NCBI GenBank assembly: GCA_965649765.1
Contig: OZ287749.1
Location: 5,642,001 to 5,706,000 of the forward strand
DNA: 64,000 nt
Direction of reading: 5' to 3'
Source: Bispira polyomma
Lineage: Eukaryota
Part shown: piece by piece, positions 26,400 to 38,800 of the stretch
How positions within the stretch are numbered: position 1 is the first letter of the stretch
Layout of the letters: each line of letters opens with the position of its first letter
Position numbers and translations under genes: made by a program
Notes under the pieces: model-generated
What the model saw: the letters and a program-made list of their open reading frames with translations, nothing else
Databases searched by the model: none
What the model was told of the DNA's origin: nothing

Positions 26400-29110
26400 A
26401 ATGTCTGTACTAAAACTGTCATACTTTAAATGTCTGAGTCAGTTTTCTGACACAAGTAAATCAATAAATCAATTCTAAGTAGGCAGATTTTGAAACAAAT
26501 TGACACAGTTAAATCAAAATTTTTGAAACTTGCACTAGAACAGTATGAATATGGAATTAATTTTCAGAAATGGATGTAAATGTTTTTAACTTGATGGTAC
26601 AAATTTTGTTTGGGGGATTTCCGTTAATTTTTTGCTTACATGAGTTTAGTATGGTACAACTCAGTATGTCATAATGATAAAAGATAAGATTCCAATTCAG
26701 TTGTTTCTTTAGTGCATGAAATTGTAAAAAATGTCTAGTAATGTGATACTCCTAATAGTAATATCATTAGTTTACTTTTTAACAGATTTAACTATTTACA
26801 GTCTAGAGGTTTATTATCTGAACAAATATAGATATTATCAAAGATATATTCATTGTTTATTTCCTTGATACTAACTGGGAGTCTGGACTTTATCTCCAAC
26901 CAGCATTCTAATAATTGTTTATGGAACATATTTAAACATCTATTACTGAACAATGAGGACGGTTTATGGTTAATTAAATCTTTGTCGGTAATTAACATAT
27001 ACCATGCTAATATTGCCCATCTGTTATTTTAATTTTCTTATGATGTCAGTCTTTTATCCAGCTTATCTTTGCATGTATATGCACACTGGATATGTATGGT
27101 ATTCTAATACCCCAGAAGAATAATTTGCTATTATTGTTTCTTTTCTTTAAATAATTATTTTCTATATTTTTCAAAATATACTATGGGCAGTAACACATTG
27201 CAAATATATGACTTATTTGTGAAGCGTTATGAAACAGTGACCCTTACCCTTTTGGATCTCTCAGCAGCCTGCAATGCCATTCATCATGGCCTACTCTGTG
27301 GCACTCTCAAGCAATGGTTCAGACTTAATGGCATTGTCCTTGATTGGAACATATTCTACCTTACTCTAAGAGCACAAATAATTAAACTAGATGATCACTT
27401 ATCATCTTCCACAATCCTATCATACGGAGTACCCCATGGAATTGTCCTTGGACCCCTACTTTTCACCTCTATACACATCCTCTCAGCACTGTCATCATAA
27501 ATCATAACATAAAACACCACATGTTTACTGATGACACTAAGTCTATCTCTCTCTCTCTCTCAAACCTCAAAATGCAAATAAAAATATTGATATACGCGGA
27601 CTGTCTTTCCTCTGTATAAGCTTCGAAGAACAACTCCAAATTTCAATTAATTCCTGCAAAACTGATGTCATTCTCATTGGAAACAAGAAAGACAGTGAAT
27701 TCCTAAAATCATTATTCCCCATTTTCCTTCTGGCAAAAGAAGAAAACCTGGCTGTCACTTTTGACCGACTTTCGACTGCCTTTTCATTTGACACTCATAT
27801 TGCCAACATCTGTTGCTCCTTCTATTACCACATTCATGACATCAAAATAATCCAAAACCACCTGTCACTTGACACTGCCATAACTGTGGCTAACGCACTT
27901 GTTAGTAGCGATCTTGACTACTGCAACTCTCTTTTGTTTGGAGTAAACAAGTCAGAGATTTAAAAGTACAAAAACTACCTATGCAGAGTGATTTTTCGCC
28001 TGAGCAGTCGCAACGACGTCACTCCTTACCTCAAAAAACTATACTGGCTTCTCACCTACTCTCTATTTAAAATTCATGTTACTTCTCTGAAGTAATCTGA
28101 AGAGAGGCAACAGACTCTGTTTCATATCTCAGTTAGACTCATTAGTAAGGCGGGATACAGAGCTTTCCACATTGCAGTTCCCTTGTTATGGGACAGTCTC
28201 CCAGTTTACCTTAGATTAGTAGATACACTAATAGGTTTTTTAGGAAAAGCTTAAACCCTATATTTTTAACCTTGCCTACCCACCTTAGTTTCCTCCTTTA
28301 CGCCCCACCTGTTTCCTTATGACCTTTCTATGCCCATGGACTTCACAATTAGATCACTGATTCGGCTGTTGCACTTTAAAAGATACCTTGCATTAATAAA
28401 GCGTGTCAAAAATGTAGAATAATAAATAACTAACATTTTGATGATGACCATGCCCTTCCAAGAAAAATTTTGCTATGTCCAGATGTGTAATATATTTCCC
28501 ATTGATTTCAGCGCAATCTCATGCACCCTGACTAATTCAAACCTTCCTTAAGACTTGGGGAAATTTCAGTTTTTTACACTTACCAATGTGTTCTAGTTTC
28601 CCTAGTTTATCTTTAAACCTGAGAATTTTTCAAAATTATTCAATTCTGCTGTAACTATGGATTAAATATCACTTCATGATAATTGACAAATTGTATATTC
28701 CAGTTCATTAACCTTGAAATTTTTCTTTCCTCTTATGTGTATGATTAAAACTTTTGCTACAAGTATAAAAAGTAGTGCACATAGTGGGCAATCTTGTCTT
28801 AGCACGGCTAAGGTTAAAGTATTGAGACTAGTAGTGATGGTTAGAAACACAAGACTAAATGTTGTTGTAAATTATTCTACCCAGTGTAGAAGTTTTCACA
28901 AAAGTTGTATTATTTTATACAATTTATTAAGCAAGACCATTCTATACTGTCAAAAGCTTTCTTAAAGTCTACTGGGATTAGATATTGTACTTATATGGCA
29001 TTTGAATTTTTTTGTTTTCTCATTTCACATTGGTTTTGATTGAGTCTATGTCACTTTTTTATTTTGTATTTCTGATCTTGAAGTAGTTTATTATTGAATT
29101 GAATCGTCAA
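26400..29110 (-). mobile_element. Highly decayed L1/Tx1-like LINE ORF2, split by an L2 insertion at 27225-28432
   Basis: Minus strand at ~28970-28720 gives VDF.KAFDSIEW and VLRQDCPLCALLFILVAKVL (degenerate GVRQGCPLSPLLF RT motif). ORF 26792-26998 FHKQLLECW...EYIFDNIYI resembles the Tx1 ORF2 C-terminal region. Confidence 0.65.
27225..28432 (+). mobile_element. 5'-truncated, decayed L2/CR1-like LINE (family A)
   Basis: LTLLDLSAA...YGVPHGIVLGPLLF, degenerate (Y/F)ADD (tttactgatgacact), LDYCNSLL, and a 3' UTR/tail shared with 45459-47103. Confidence 0.9.
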
Positions 29111-31896
29111 GCACAGTAGAATTTGCATCTGTAAATCCTAGTTCCCACTTTCGCAGTTTTGAAATGAGATCTTGGAACGATGCTAAAGCAGTATGAATCG
29201 CCGGTATTCGCCTCATGATCAGGCTTAGAACAAATTGAAAAAGCAAGGTTTGACAACTGTCCTGTATGTCTTACTGTGCCTCTTCTGTATGTGACATAAT
29301 CACGCAGCCCAAGTAATATTCAGCACCTTTCTATAATACACTTAGAATATCCCCAGAGTGTATTAACAAAGCCACAGAAAGACTACTCACCACTAGTTTC
29401 ACTCCAAACTCTCCCCCTCTCTCTCTCCCCCCATGACAAGTTTGGATAAGAGTATAGGACATATCAATTCTAAGAGATGCAAGTACTGTTTCAACATTGT
29501 TGTGGTGGCAATATTTGGCCAAGTAATCAGAATTTATAGAGACAATTATGTGAACATTTAATCTGTGGTATAATTATTTAAGAAACCATCTTATCAGCTT
29601 GACTATGCTAAGTGTTGTGAAACTGTATAAATATTAACTCTTTACTTTATTTAAATAAATGTGAAGATGCTCAGCAACCCTTTTTGTAAATAATGGCTTT
29701 TCAACCACTCTACAAGACAACTTGCAGCATCTGTTGTCCCTCTCTCCACTGTCAATCGAGTGAAATTATCAGTAAAGTGGTCACACATACCTATCAAGCC
29801 ATTAAGTGCCGCCGGACAGGCAGGATGGAGAATTCAACACTGCTCCAGGCATCAATTAAGAACAGCTGATTTACTTCTCAACTCATATACTTCAATATTA
29901 ATGCTGACACATATCTGCCAAGTTTTCTACCTCTCATGAGGCCACCACTGCCCTCTACTCTATAGCCGTATGGCATACACAAGAGGTCACTCACAGCAGG
30001 AATTGTCATATATTGGCATCTTTAACATTGCACAGTAATTGAATAAAGAATGCTCCGTGATGTCAGCCGTTTGTATCAATTGGCTTGTGATTGCCGAATT
30101 ATACCCCCATTGTTTCCATAGATAAAGCAATACATTCCCAACTCGACCAACAAGTGATACTCCATGGCATATTAAAATATACAACACACATATAAGTTAA
30201 GTTAGGGGCGAGTTGAGAATGAATCCTACACGCAGGGTGATCACCCCATAACAATTCCAACTAATATGTAGCTTGGGCTAATTGTAGGTAACTTTAGAAC
30301 AAATGGCTGCTGCTAGCTGAGGTTGTGAAAGTGGGAAAATGCTTTATCAATGCCTTATCAAAACACCTTGGGTAAGCTTATTTGGGATAATGGGAAGTTC
30401 ATAAATATTAAAGGAAATGGAGTGCATATAATTGAATATGCCGATAATAAAAGTTGAGGTAATAGGGATTCCACTGTATAATGCCATTTATACATGACGT
30501 TATGACTCCTGAAAATCTGCTTTTGTGGGATGTCAATGATTTTATTTGAGTTGTAACTGAGAATTCTGTTGATGTATCTGCCAATTTAATGGCCTCAATT
30601 TACAGGCCCCAGAACAACAGATAGGGCAGGTAGTTTCAATTATGAAAGTATCTATAAAATTCTTCAAAAAGTTTGACAGCACTTTTAAGTAAATATATAT
30701 ATATATATGTTAAAAACGTGTCATATTATTCTCTAGTTAGCATAGTTTTACTTTAAATCCATTAACAGTTAGACCTTTTACTTCACTCAACTCTCGCAAG
30801 ATTATAACAGAGCGCTGATAGGGCAACCTTATCTGATTCCCTGCTCAATAGAGCAAAAAGTTAAAAATCAAGATAAAATATTATGGGCATTACTTGATAG
30901 ACACATATGATTGTGACGCTATATTTTGAGGAAAGTTTAATTTTAATCACTTATGTCCTGGTCCCACCGGCCGTCACGTTAGGAGTTGTTAGAAAATTAA
31001 TTTGGGTAGGGTTTGCATGGAGTATGCAGGAGTCAATGTAATATACATAAACATACATAACTTGGCGTGAGAGGTGAGATGCAAGAAATTCATAATTTTA
31101 AACCGTTTGAAACTTTGACACGCAAGAGATGCAAAAGTATGACGTACTTAAACGTGGACATGCGTCACAGTGTGTAACTATGCGTCATTATGACGTCCTT
31201 TTACGCGTATTGGCGTACGCATACATGTCATACGGGGGTTCATATACCTACTTGGACGTGAACTTATGCATCCCCAATGAGTCTTTACAGCATTTGACGT
31301 ACTAATACATGAAGTATATAGTGGAGTTATTATGAACTATATAGTGGAGTTATTACATGCTAACTATTTATGTTACATAGTTCTTTGTAGCCATATTAGC
31401 ATTTTACAAAATTTTATGTGTAGTTGTAAATTAAAAACTTGCAAATAAATATCCCAAACAGCATCATATCTTTCCCTTACATAAAACCACTTTAAACAAC
31501 ATATAACCTCCACGAAAAGAGGTGTAATATATAGAAGACCTTAAATGTATATATTTGACCTAATGGTCAAAACGGGTACAGCTTTAGAGACAGTCATTAT
31601 AAAATTCTAAACAGAAGAGTAAATTGTAATTAAAATTTAAACAAACTGAAAAAAAGAGAATCCTATGTGTTATTATTGTTAGCCTACACTTTCTTACACT
31701 TACTACCAACTTCTTCTTTTCAGCATAATTGCATCAGCTCCGATCAGACGTAGGCCGATGTCTGTTACATAATCATCTTTTATCAGACAGGGAGCGAAAA
31801 AAATGGCTACAAAACCCCTGTGATAGGTATAGTTTTCATCCGATATATACTCAATATTCCTCGAATGTTAAAGTTGAAAATGGTATGACAAAACTT

Positions 31897-32150
31897 ATTT
31901 TATTGTGGTTACTGTGCTTCTTTGTCCACTAAAATCCGTTGAGATACTTAAGTTCATAGACGGATACCCCATCTAACTTTCATTCTACTTTGAATGGTAC
32001 GTCACAGCAACGTCATAATGACGTCAGTTTTGCAGCTACATCACAACTTACACATAAAGAAGTAAAAATGGGTAACCTTATTTAATTTTAAATATCTCAG
32101 CTGTTTTCCACGGATTTTGATGCAATAAAAAGCACAGTAATCACAATAAA
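31897..32150. repeat. Imperfect ~55-bp inverted repeat pair (MITE-like)
   Basis: ttttattgtggttactgtgctt...aaaatccgttgagata (31897-31946) vs atatctcagc...cacggatttt...aagcacagtaatcacaataaaa (32092-32150); related to 13317-13385. Confidence 0.55.
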
Positions 32151-32693
32151 ATGATCTTTCTCCTGCTATTTTTAAAGTTATCATCCAACGAATTTTGAGT
32201 GTGCGAGGTAGACCCAGCGGGGGTAGTGAGATCAGTGCTTGCCCTAAATATTCTTGTTAAGTCTATTCTTGTTGAAATGACCTTAATTTCTGATTGTATA
32301 GCAGTTGGCCTAATTCCCCCTTATTACCTGCTAAAAACCTCACTTTAAAATTAGAATTTAGAAGGGCACAACGCTATTTTAAATAACTTTCAATTCTAGT
32401 CAAATTTTTTTTCGTTTTTACTACTTGTTTTTATTATACATTTTACACGTTTTTATACTTAACCAAGTGCTTATATATGTTCTAGACAAAGGGTGGTTGC
32501 AGTGTGGATTATATAAGCTGAACTTGCTGGCTCCTGTCTGATGTGTTATTATTTAATGCTTTGACATATGCAAATTTTGCTCATTATGCGCTACAGTTGA
32601 GGGCTGCTCTCATTGTTATTTGAAATTTAATATATTTATTTCTCGAAAACACAAACAACCTCCACCTTAAATTCGCATGTTACAAAGCACTGC

Positions 32694-33757
32694 TTGATTT
32701 ATATTTACAAAATAGCACCTCGTGCAAATTATGATTGTCATGCTTGCAAGACAAGTCACAAAAAACCCATAAACGATAACTGTCCGTTTGTTAATCAGTC
32801 TGAAGACAATGACACTTCTAATGCGTCCATTAACGTTTTTTTTTTCGAAGAATTGAAAGGGTCAAGTGGAAGAATGTCAGCTATGGAGAAACGGGTAGAG
32901 CAATCCGAAAATAGACAATTGGTTGCTAGCTCTACCGTAAGCCCTATAAATTCTGCCCCAAGTGTCATTCCCGCAGGGGCTACAAGTGTTTCACAGACTG
33001 CTCCCACATTGACGCTGCCCACGACCACCCAGACGGCTCCGACTGTACCTGTGACCACAGACGATACACTAGTTCCTTCCCTGGCTACTCTTAAGATATC
33101 CGAGTACCTCCGGAATGCTGTAGACTCCAGATTGCAAGACCTAGCCAGCCTCAACATAATGTCAAATCTCGGAGAGGGGGCCAGAAACGGTGTTGGTAAA
33201 ACGCCAGGTCCCCTGGCCTCAGAACAATATTTTGGGAGGTACAACTAAGTCAAGGACCACATATGATAGTTTATCTATGGCTCAGTGGGTGGCAGGATTT
33301 TGCTCAATTGTTCAGGATGACAATAATGTTGAAACAAGAAAATGCAATGTTAGATTATATACAAGGTTTAATGGAGGACTGTGACAATTTCTCTTGGGCG
33401 GCTGCCAAAGGTAGCCATGGGGTTCTTTTATGTCGTATGGAAGAGGGCAAAGTTTCCTGGGAAAAAACGGCCAAAATAGACTGAATTAGAAGGGCGCATG
33501 CCCTAAGGGTGGTAAATAATACAGTTTCTTCGTCTCAATACAGTAAGACTAGACAGCAAAGTAACGACAAGGGAATACCTTGCAGGTATTTTCAAAAGGG
33601 TTCGTGCCCACAAAGAACAGATCACGTAACTAAGGGTCAGATGTACTTACACATTTGCTATACGTGTTTCGCCATTGGGAAGTCTTATCCCCATGCCTCT
33701 AAAGATTATCACAGAAATAAAGTCAAAAGTGACCAGAATGTCGCAAAAAACAAGTAA
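32694..33757 (+). pseudogene. DIRS/Ngaro ORF1 (gag-like), frameshifted
   Basis: N-terminal CHACKTSHKKPINDNC, central WPQN.ILGG..KSR.TYD.L...QWV.GF...LMED..FSW..AK..H, C-terminal CRYFQKGSC...HICYTC...H zinc finger. Confidence 0.75.
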
Positions 33758-33999
33758 GGCACTGCAGTACATCAGTGCACAAATGTAAAAAGCTGAATAC
33801 TGATCATGAATTTGTACGTATTAGAGATCAAAGTAAATATTGTAACACAAAAACTGTATATAATATAAATTATCAAGCTGTGTGTAGTGACAACTGGAGG
33901 ACAGATTGGGCTAAATTCATCAACAAATCGTATGCACAAGGTGTAGCTCAAAATAGGGGTAGAGAAAATAATAAACAAAAAACACAACAGAATCCCCCC

Positions 34000-35409
34000 T
34001 CTTGACTTTGACAGGACTTGCCCCCTAGAGAATAAAAGGGAAAATCACAGCTCGGCTATTCAGGTCTGAAAATGACGTCAAGGCTTACCTTAATGAGGAG
34101 AAAAACTGGTGCAATAATAGGCCCCTTCAGGGACCCTCCATTATCCGAACTTCACGTTTCTCCTTTTATGACACGTCCGAAGCCAGAGGCAAAACATAGA
34201 CGGGTTATTATAGATCTATGCTGACCTCAGGGTCGAGCAGTAAATTCAGCAATACAAAAAGACCAATATTTAGGTACTCCCTTCATTCTCACCCTTCCTA
34301 CAGTTGACGACATTACTAAGAATGTGATTAAACTGGGAAAAGGTGTGCTGCTATACAAACTAGACATTAGCCGTGCATTTAGACACGTCAAAATTGATCC
34401 GGCAGACTGTGATTTATTAGGTTTACAGTTAAATAATTACTACATAGACACTTGCTTGCCATTTGCGTATCGCCACGAAAGCGCCATCTTCCAGGTCATG
34501 ACGTAATCAACTATATTGATGACGTCATAGGTTTGGGACTTCCGGCTTCAGTTTCCCAGTCATTTGAACTATTAAAAGACAAGTTTCACAAATTAGGCTT
34601 TGCCATAAGTGAAAAGAAGATGGTAACTCCCAGTACAAAAGTGATATGCCTATGCGTACTAGTTGATACGGAGAATTTCACAGTGTCAATCCCAGATAAC
34701 AAACTAGAGGAAGTTAAGCAAAAAAATCTGTAATAAACGGCAACTATAATCACTATTTGGTTCTCTCTTATATGTGTCAAAATGCGTTAGAACCTCCAAG
34801 GCATACCAGAACTGAATGTTAGATACTCTCAGAGGGGCCAGAGACGCCAACAGTATTAAATTAGATATCACCTTTCAACAGGATTTGAATTGGTTTGATA
34901 CATTTCTTACTACCTTTACCAGGGTTGCATTTTTCGACCATAAACCCCTCACTGATGAAGTACATTTTGATGCCTGCCTGCGAGGTTTAGGCGCTTGTTG
35001 CAATAATGAAATATATACTAAACAGATACCGTTGGGTTACAATAATTATACCATTGTCCATTTGGAAATGTTAAACATATTGGTTGCCCTAAGAGTCTGG
35101 AAAAATCACTGGTCAAGAAGAAAATAGCTAATTCATTGTGATAATCATGCTGTCGTATCAATTTTAAACTCAGGAAAAACCTATGACCTCACTTTGGCCG
35201 CAATAACTAGAAATATTTTCATGGAGGCGGCCCAGGCCGATATTGTATTAAGAACAGTCCATATTTTGGGAAAAATGAACAATACCCCAGATTTACTGTC
35301 AAGATGGGCGATTACACCCAATAATGTTGACAAACTAAGTGAATTAGTGAAAAACCCTACATGGCTTCATGTAAATGATGACCTGTTAATGATGAATTGG
35401 GCTATTTAG
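34000..35409 (+). pseudogene. DIRS/Ngaro reverse transcriptase-RNase H, disrupted
   Basis: SPFMTR, RVIIDL, KLDISRAFRH, YIDD; RNase H motifs FDACLRGLGA, HLEMLNILVAL..W, CDN.AVV, HILGK.N..DLLSR. Confidence 0.9.
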
Positions 35410-35425
35410 ATGTAAAAATTTTCAG

Positions 35426-35885
35426 GTTCGTCCACCTGGGTGAACAGGCTAGCTGACAGGGTGACCAATCGAGCTCATCAAGCATTCCGACCCTACAATG
35501 TAGGAATACTATTAAAGTCCTTAAAATTCCATCTTTGCAGAATATAGCTATCTGCCCTGTTATGGCTCTAAAAGCCCTACTTACCATCACACCTGGCAGC
35601 AAAGACTCCCTCTTGTTTCAAGTCAAAAATAATGCTACCTCGGCTCCACTAACTGATTCTAAAATTCGTTCAAATCTAAGAAATATTTTAGCTAGGTTAG
35701 GCAAATCAGAATCTAACAGGACATTTCACACATTTCGCCGCTCTGGCGCCACACTGGCATTTAATGCCCATGTCCCCCTACAAGACATTCAGAGCCAGGG
35801 CATTTGGTCCTCTTAATACGTATGGAGATACATTACACAAGATCACGCGGCATCTGACCAAGTAGCCCTCGCCCTTCAGTCTCTG
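35426..35885 (+). pseudogene. DIRS/Ngaro tyrosine recombinase, internally deleted
   Basis: CPV.AL, FHTFRRSGATLAF, G.W.S..VWRY. The N-terminal half, including the first catalytic Arg, is missing after ~35493 relative to the element at 62536-61590. Confidence 0.88.
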
Positions 35886-38800
35886 CTCAACTCAACCCCT
35901 ACCTCTTAGTTGGGCCTTGGTGGTTATTGTCTTATCTAAATAAAATTTACAACTTTTAACTTTACCTTTTGCTAAACTACTTAAGACCACCTTATAGTCA
36001 AAACTTTATGGCAACCTGAAATATAAATGTAAGGCAAAGGCCATTCTTAAAATATGTAATATAAAAGGTTAAGGTTACCTTAAATTCAGTAATAGTAAAA
36101 TCAATATGCTTAATTTACGTTCACCTTAAACCAAGTCTAACTTAAGCCACACTTAATATGACTTAGACTAAGGTCATCGTTATCTCACTAAGGTGGCTTA
36201 TTTAATTTAAAACTATTTTATCAATTTATATATATATGTGTAGAAGTAGATAAATATATATAATCCCAACTGTTGTCATTTTCTAGGTCAAACTTCAACT
36301 CAAGGTCAGGGCACTGTACATCAGGTGAAAGGAAGCACAACGTCGGCCGACTACGGACACCTTCCAGTTGGCCGACATTGGAATGTGCTGAAAGGAAGTG
36401 TAGGCTAATCGGATTGATACACTAGAACACAAGCTACGCTTTAAATTTGTGCTTACAGTAAGTCAATGCATTGGACAATTTTTGAAGTTCTTTTTGGCAT
36501 TAGATCAGGGAAAAAGTTACACCAAGCATTAAATTGTTGAATATTTTTATTACATATGGAAAGTGGTCCATAAACAACTGAAGAACAAATATACAGATAA
36601 ATTATTGATGAATTTATTTCTATGATTAAGTACAAAATTGAGATTTACAAGCACATTTATACCTTATACATTAAGGACCTCAAGGAGTTGATAACTAAAT
36701 TATTATTTTATTGAGAGACTTAACTACTGAAAGCAGTACCATAGACCCTAGCGAACCATTCTTATAGATTTTAAGTGAAGATTTCTGAGGGTCATTTGAT
36801 GTAGAACTAGTGTCACTTCTGCAGCCGTGGACCTCATCAACTGTAGATAGCATCATTATATACAAACATGGAATCTCACAAATATATCTCACATATTAGT
36901 TGTTACAAATGTTTGTTTCATAATACCACCCATCAGATATTTTATACATAACTAAACAAAGTGAAATACCATCACTAACGCACACTAATTTAAGAGTATG
37001 AATTAAATTATATGATTTTATATTTTAAAATTAAAATCAATGTTGTTTAACAAAAATAATATATCCGCAGAAAGCTAACATGAATGCCCATAATAATCAT
37101 TTTCTTCACAAGCCAATTTGGTTCTCTGGCAATTATTTATGTCAATAGTTCACAATAAAACTGTGTGTTGTATACAGTCCATTCTGGCCAATCGCTAAAA
37201 TACTTAAGTAATGAGTCACAGAGCTGTTGATATTGGTGACGTCTAGGTCATGTGACTTGGTCTGTAGCCACGATAAAACATTATGGCCTCCTGGAGTTGT
37301 GCCTGCAATAAACACACCAAAGAATATTGTGTGCAAATGGATACAATTCACAATTAGTTTGTTACACAGTCACTCAGAGCACAAGTTGCATCACAGAGCA
37401 AAAATAGATATGCCCAAATTTGGAATCTTGCTCTTTAAAGTGATATTTGAACGAGTCTTGGTTCTGAAAAATATATTACTGAAGTTTTACTGCAAGGATA
37501 GACACATACATAAAAACTTTCATTTTAGTGGCTGTAAATCTGTAAATGGAAATGGAAGCCATCCAGTTCCATAATTTACATTTGGAATGCACACAATATT
37601 CACATGCCCATTAACAGAAATAACCATAAAATTGTGAATTTAGGAGCGAAAGAAATTTAGTGTTGGATCAAAGTACTAGTTTTAAAATGAAATACAGATA
37701 CATGTTGTTTTTCAAATACATGAGGTAATATATCAGGTGTACTAACAATATTTTTTGAGGTGTGAAAAAAGATGAAAACTCATGTAGGTTTATCCAATTG
37801 TATTTCATAAATGAGCTGTGATGTTGCTGAGAAAAGTCCACTCCAATTAAGATGAGCATCCGTTTCACTGGTCCAAAATACATTAAGTGGTTCTCCTGTG
37901 GGATTAACACAAAAATAGAGAGAAAGATCCCACAATTAATCGTCAATACACACTGTATCAAAATGACACATTATATAGGTTTATTTAGGGTTGAACATCA
38001 CTTTGAATGCCTGTATATTGTATTACAATGGGTAGTTTACTACTGGACTAAACAGCAGGAGGTTAGTTCATCAAGATTTCTGTACTGTAAACCAATGGCC
38101 TTGATGTTCACTGGAGACTTACACATGTGCATGCCATGGACAAGATTTAAACTCACAACTGCAATACACACTGCAGTTAAGGATCTGGTCTAGTCTTCAG
38201 CACATTGCTTCGGCTGATACAATTAAATTATTGTGTAAATCTGTCCACAAAAGCTAAGATAACACATATACTGCTAACCCTGTTCAACATTAAGGCACCA
38301 CTCTGGGTGATAATAACACCCTAAAATCCATAGTTAAATATTCCACAAACCTACCAGTGTATGTAGGTAGTTTCTGGTCTATACAGAACTCTGTAGTGAT
38401 TGGCTTACTCCCATGGCCAGCTTTGTTAAAACAGGTCAGACTGAGGTTATAGGGAATGTTTTCTTCAAAGATTGCAGAACCATTTTGCAACACTACAGTT
38501 CTGTGTTGGTTAACACCCAGGGATAGTGCTCTTAAAATGTTGTTATTTCCATCGAAAACTGACACCTGAAAGCAGAATGCAAGATAATGGATAAATAAAA
38601 CAGATAATACACCAAAGTGTGCTTGGGAACTCGTACAGTAACACTCTTTCTTCAAGTACCCACAGGGTTTAACATACACCACTGACAAGAATAGTGGTAA
38701 ACATAGCAGATACCAGGAAAGAATTTTTTTGAATATTGCCAAATAATTGATACAAACATGACCAATTACCCAATACTTTTGGAGGAATAAAACTGGAAAG

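Larger units (their letters stand above)
32200..36230 (+). mobile_element. DIRS-order (Ngaro-like) tyrosine-recombinase retrotransposon, degenerate
   Basis: Order gag-like, RT, RNase H, YR, with multiple stops/frameshifts. Outer boundaries are approximate and terminal repeats were not found. Confidence 0.9.
31679..36408. mobile_element. Non-autonomous element with 13-bp inverted repeats (Helentron/HINE- or pearl-like) hosting the nested DIRS element
   Basis: ttagcctacactt (31679) vs aagtgtaggctaa (36396-36408), extended similarity tttcagca / tgctgaaa, (ctt)n after the left IR, ggtcaa..caaggtca motif at 36285. Confidence 0.45.

Noticed and set aside
32200-36230. Ngaro split direct repeats or DIRS ITR/ICR termini; also a prophage integrase interpretation of the YR
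   Set aside because: I could not find matching terminal repeats by eye, so the subgroup and ends remain tentative. YR linked to gag-RT-RNase H identifies a retrotransposon, not a phage.
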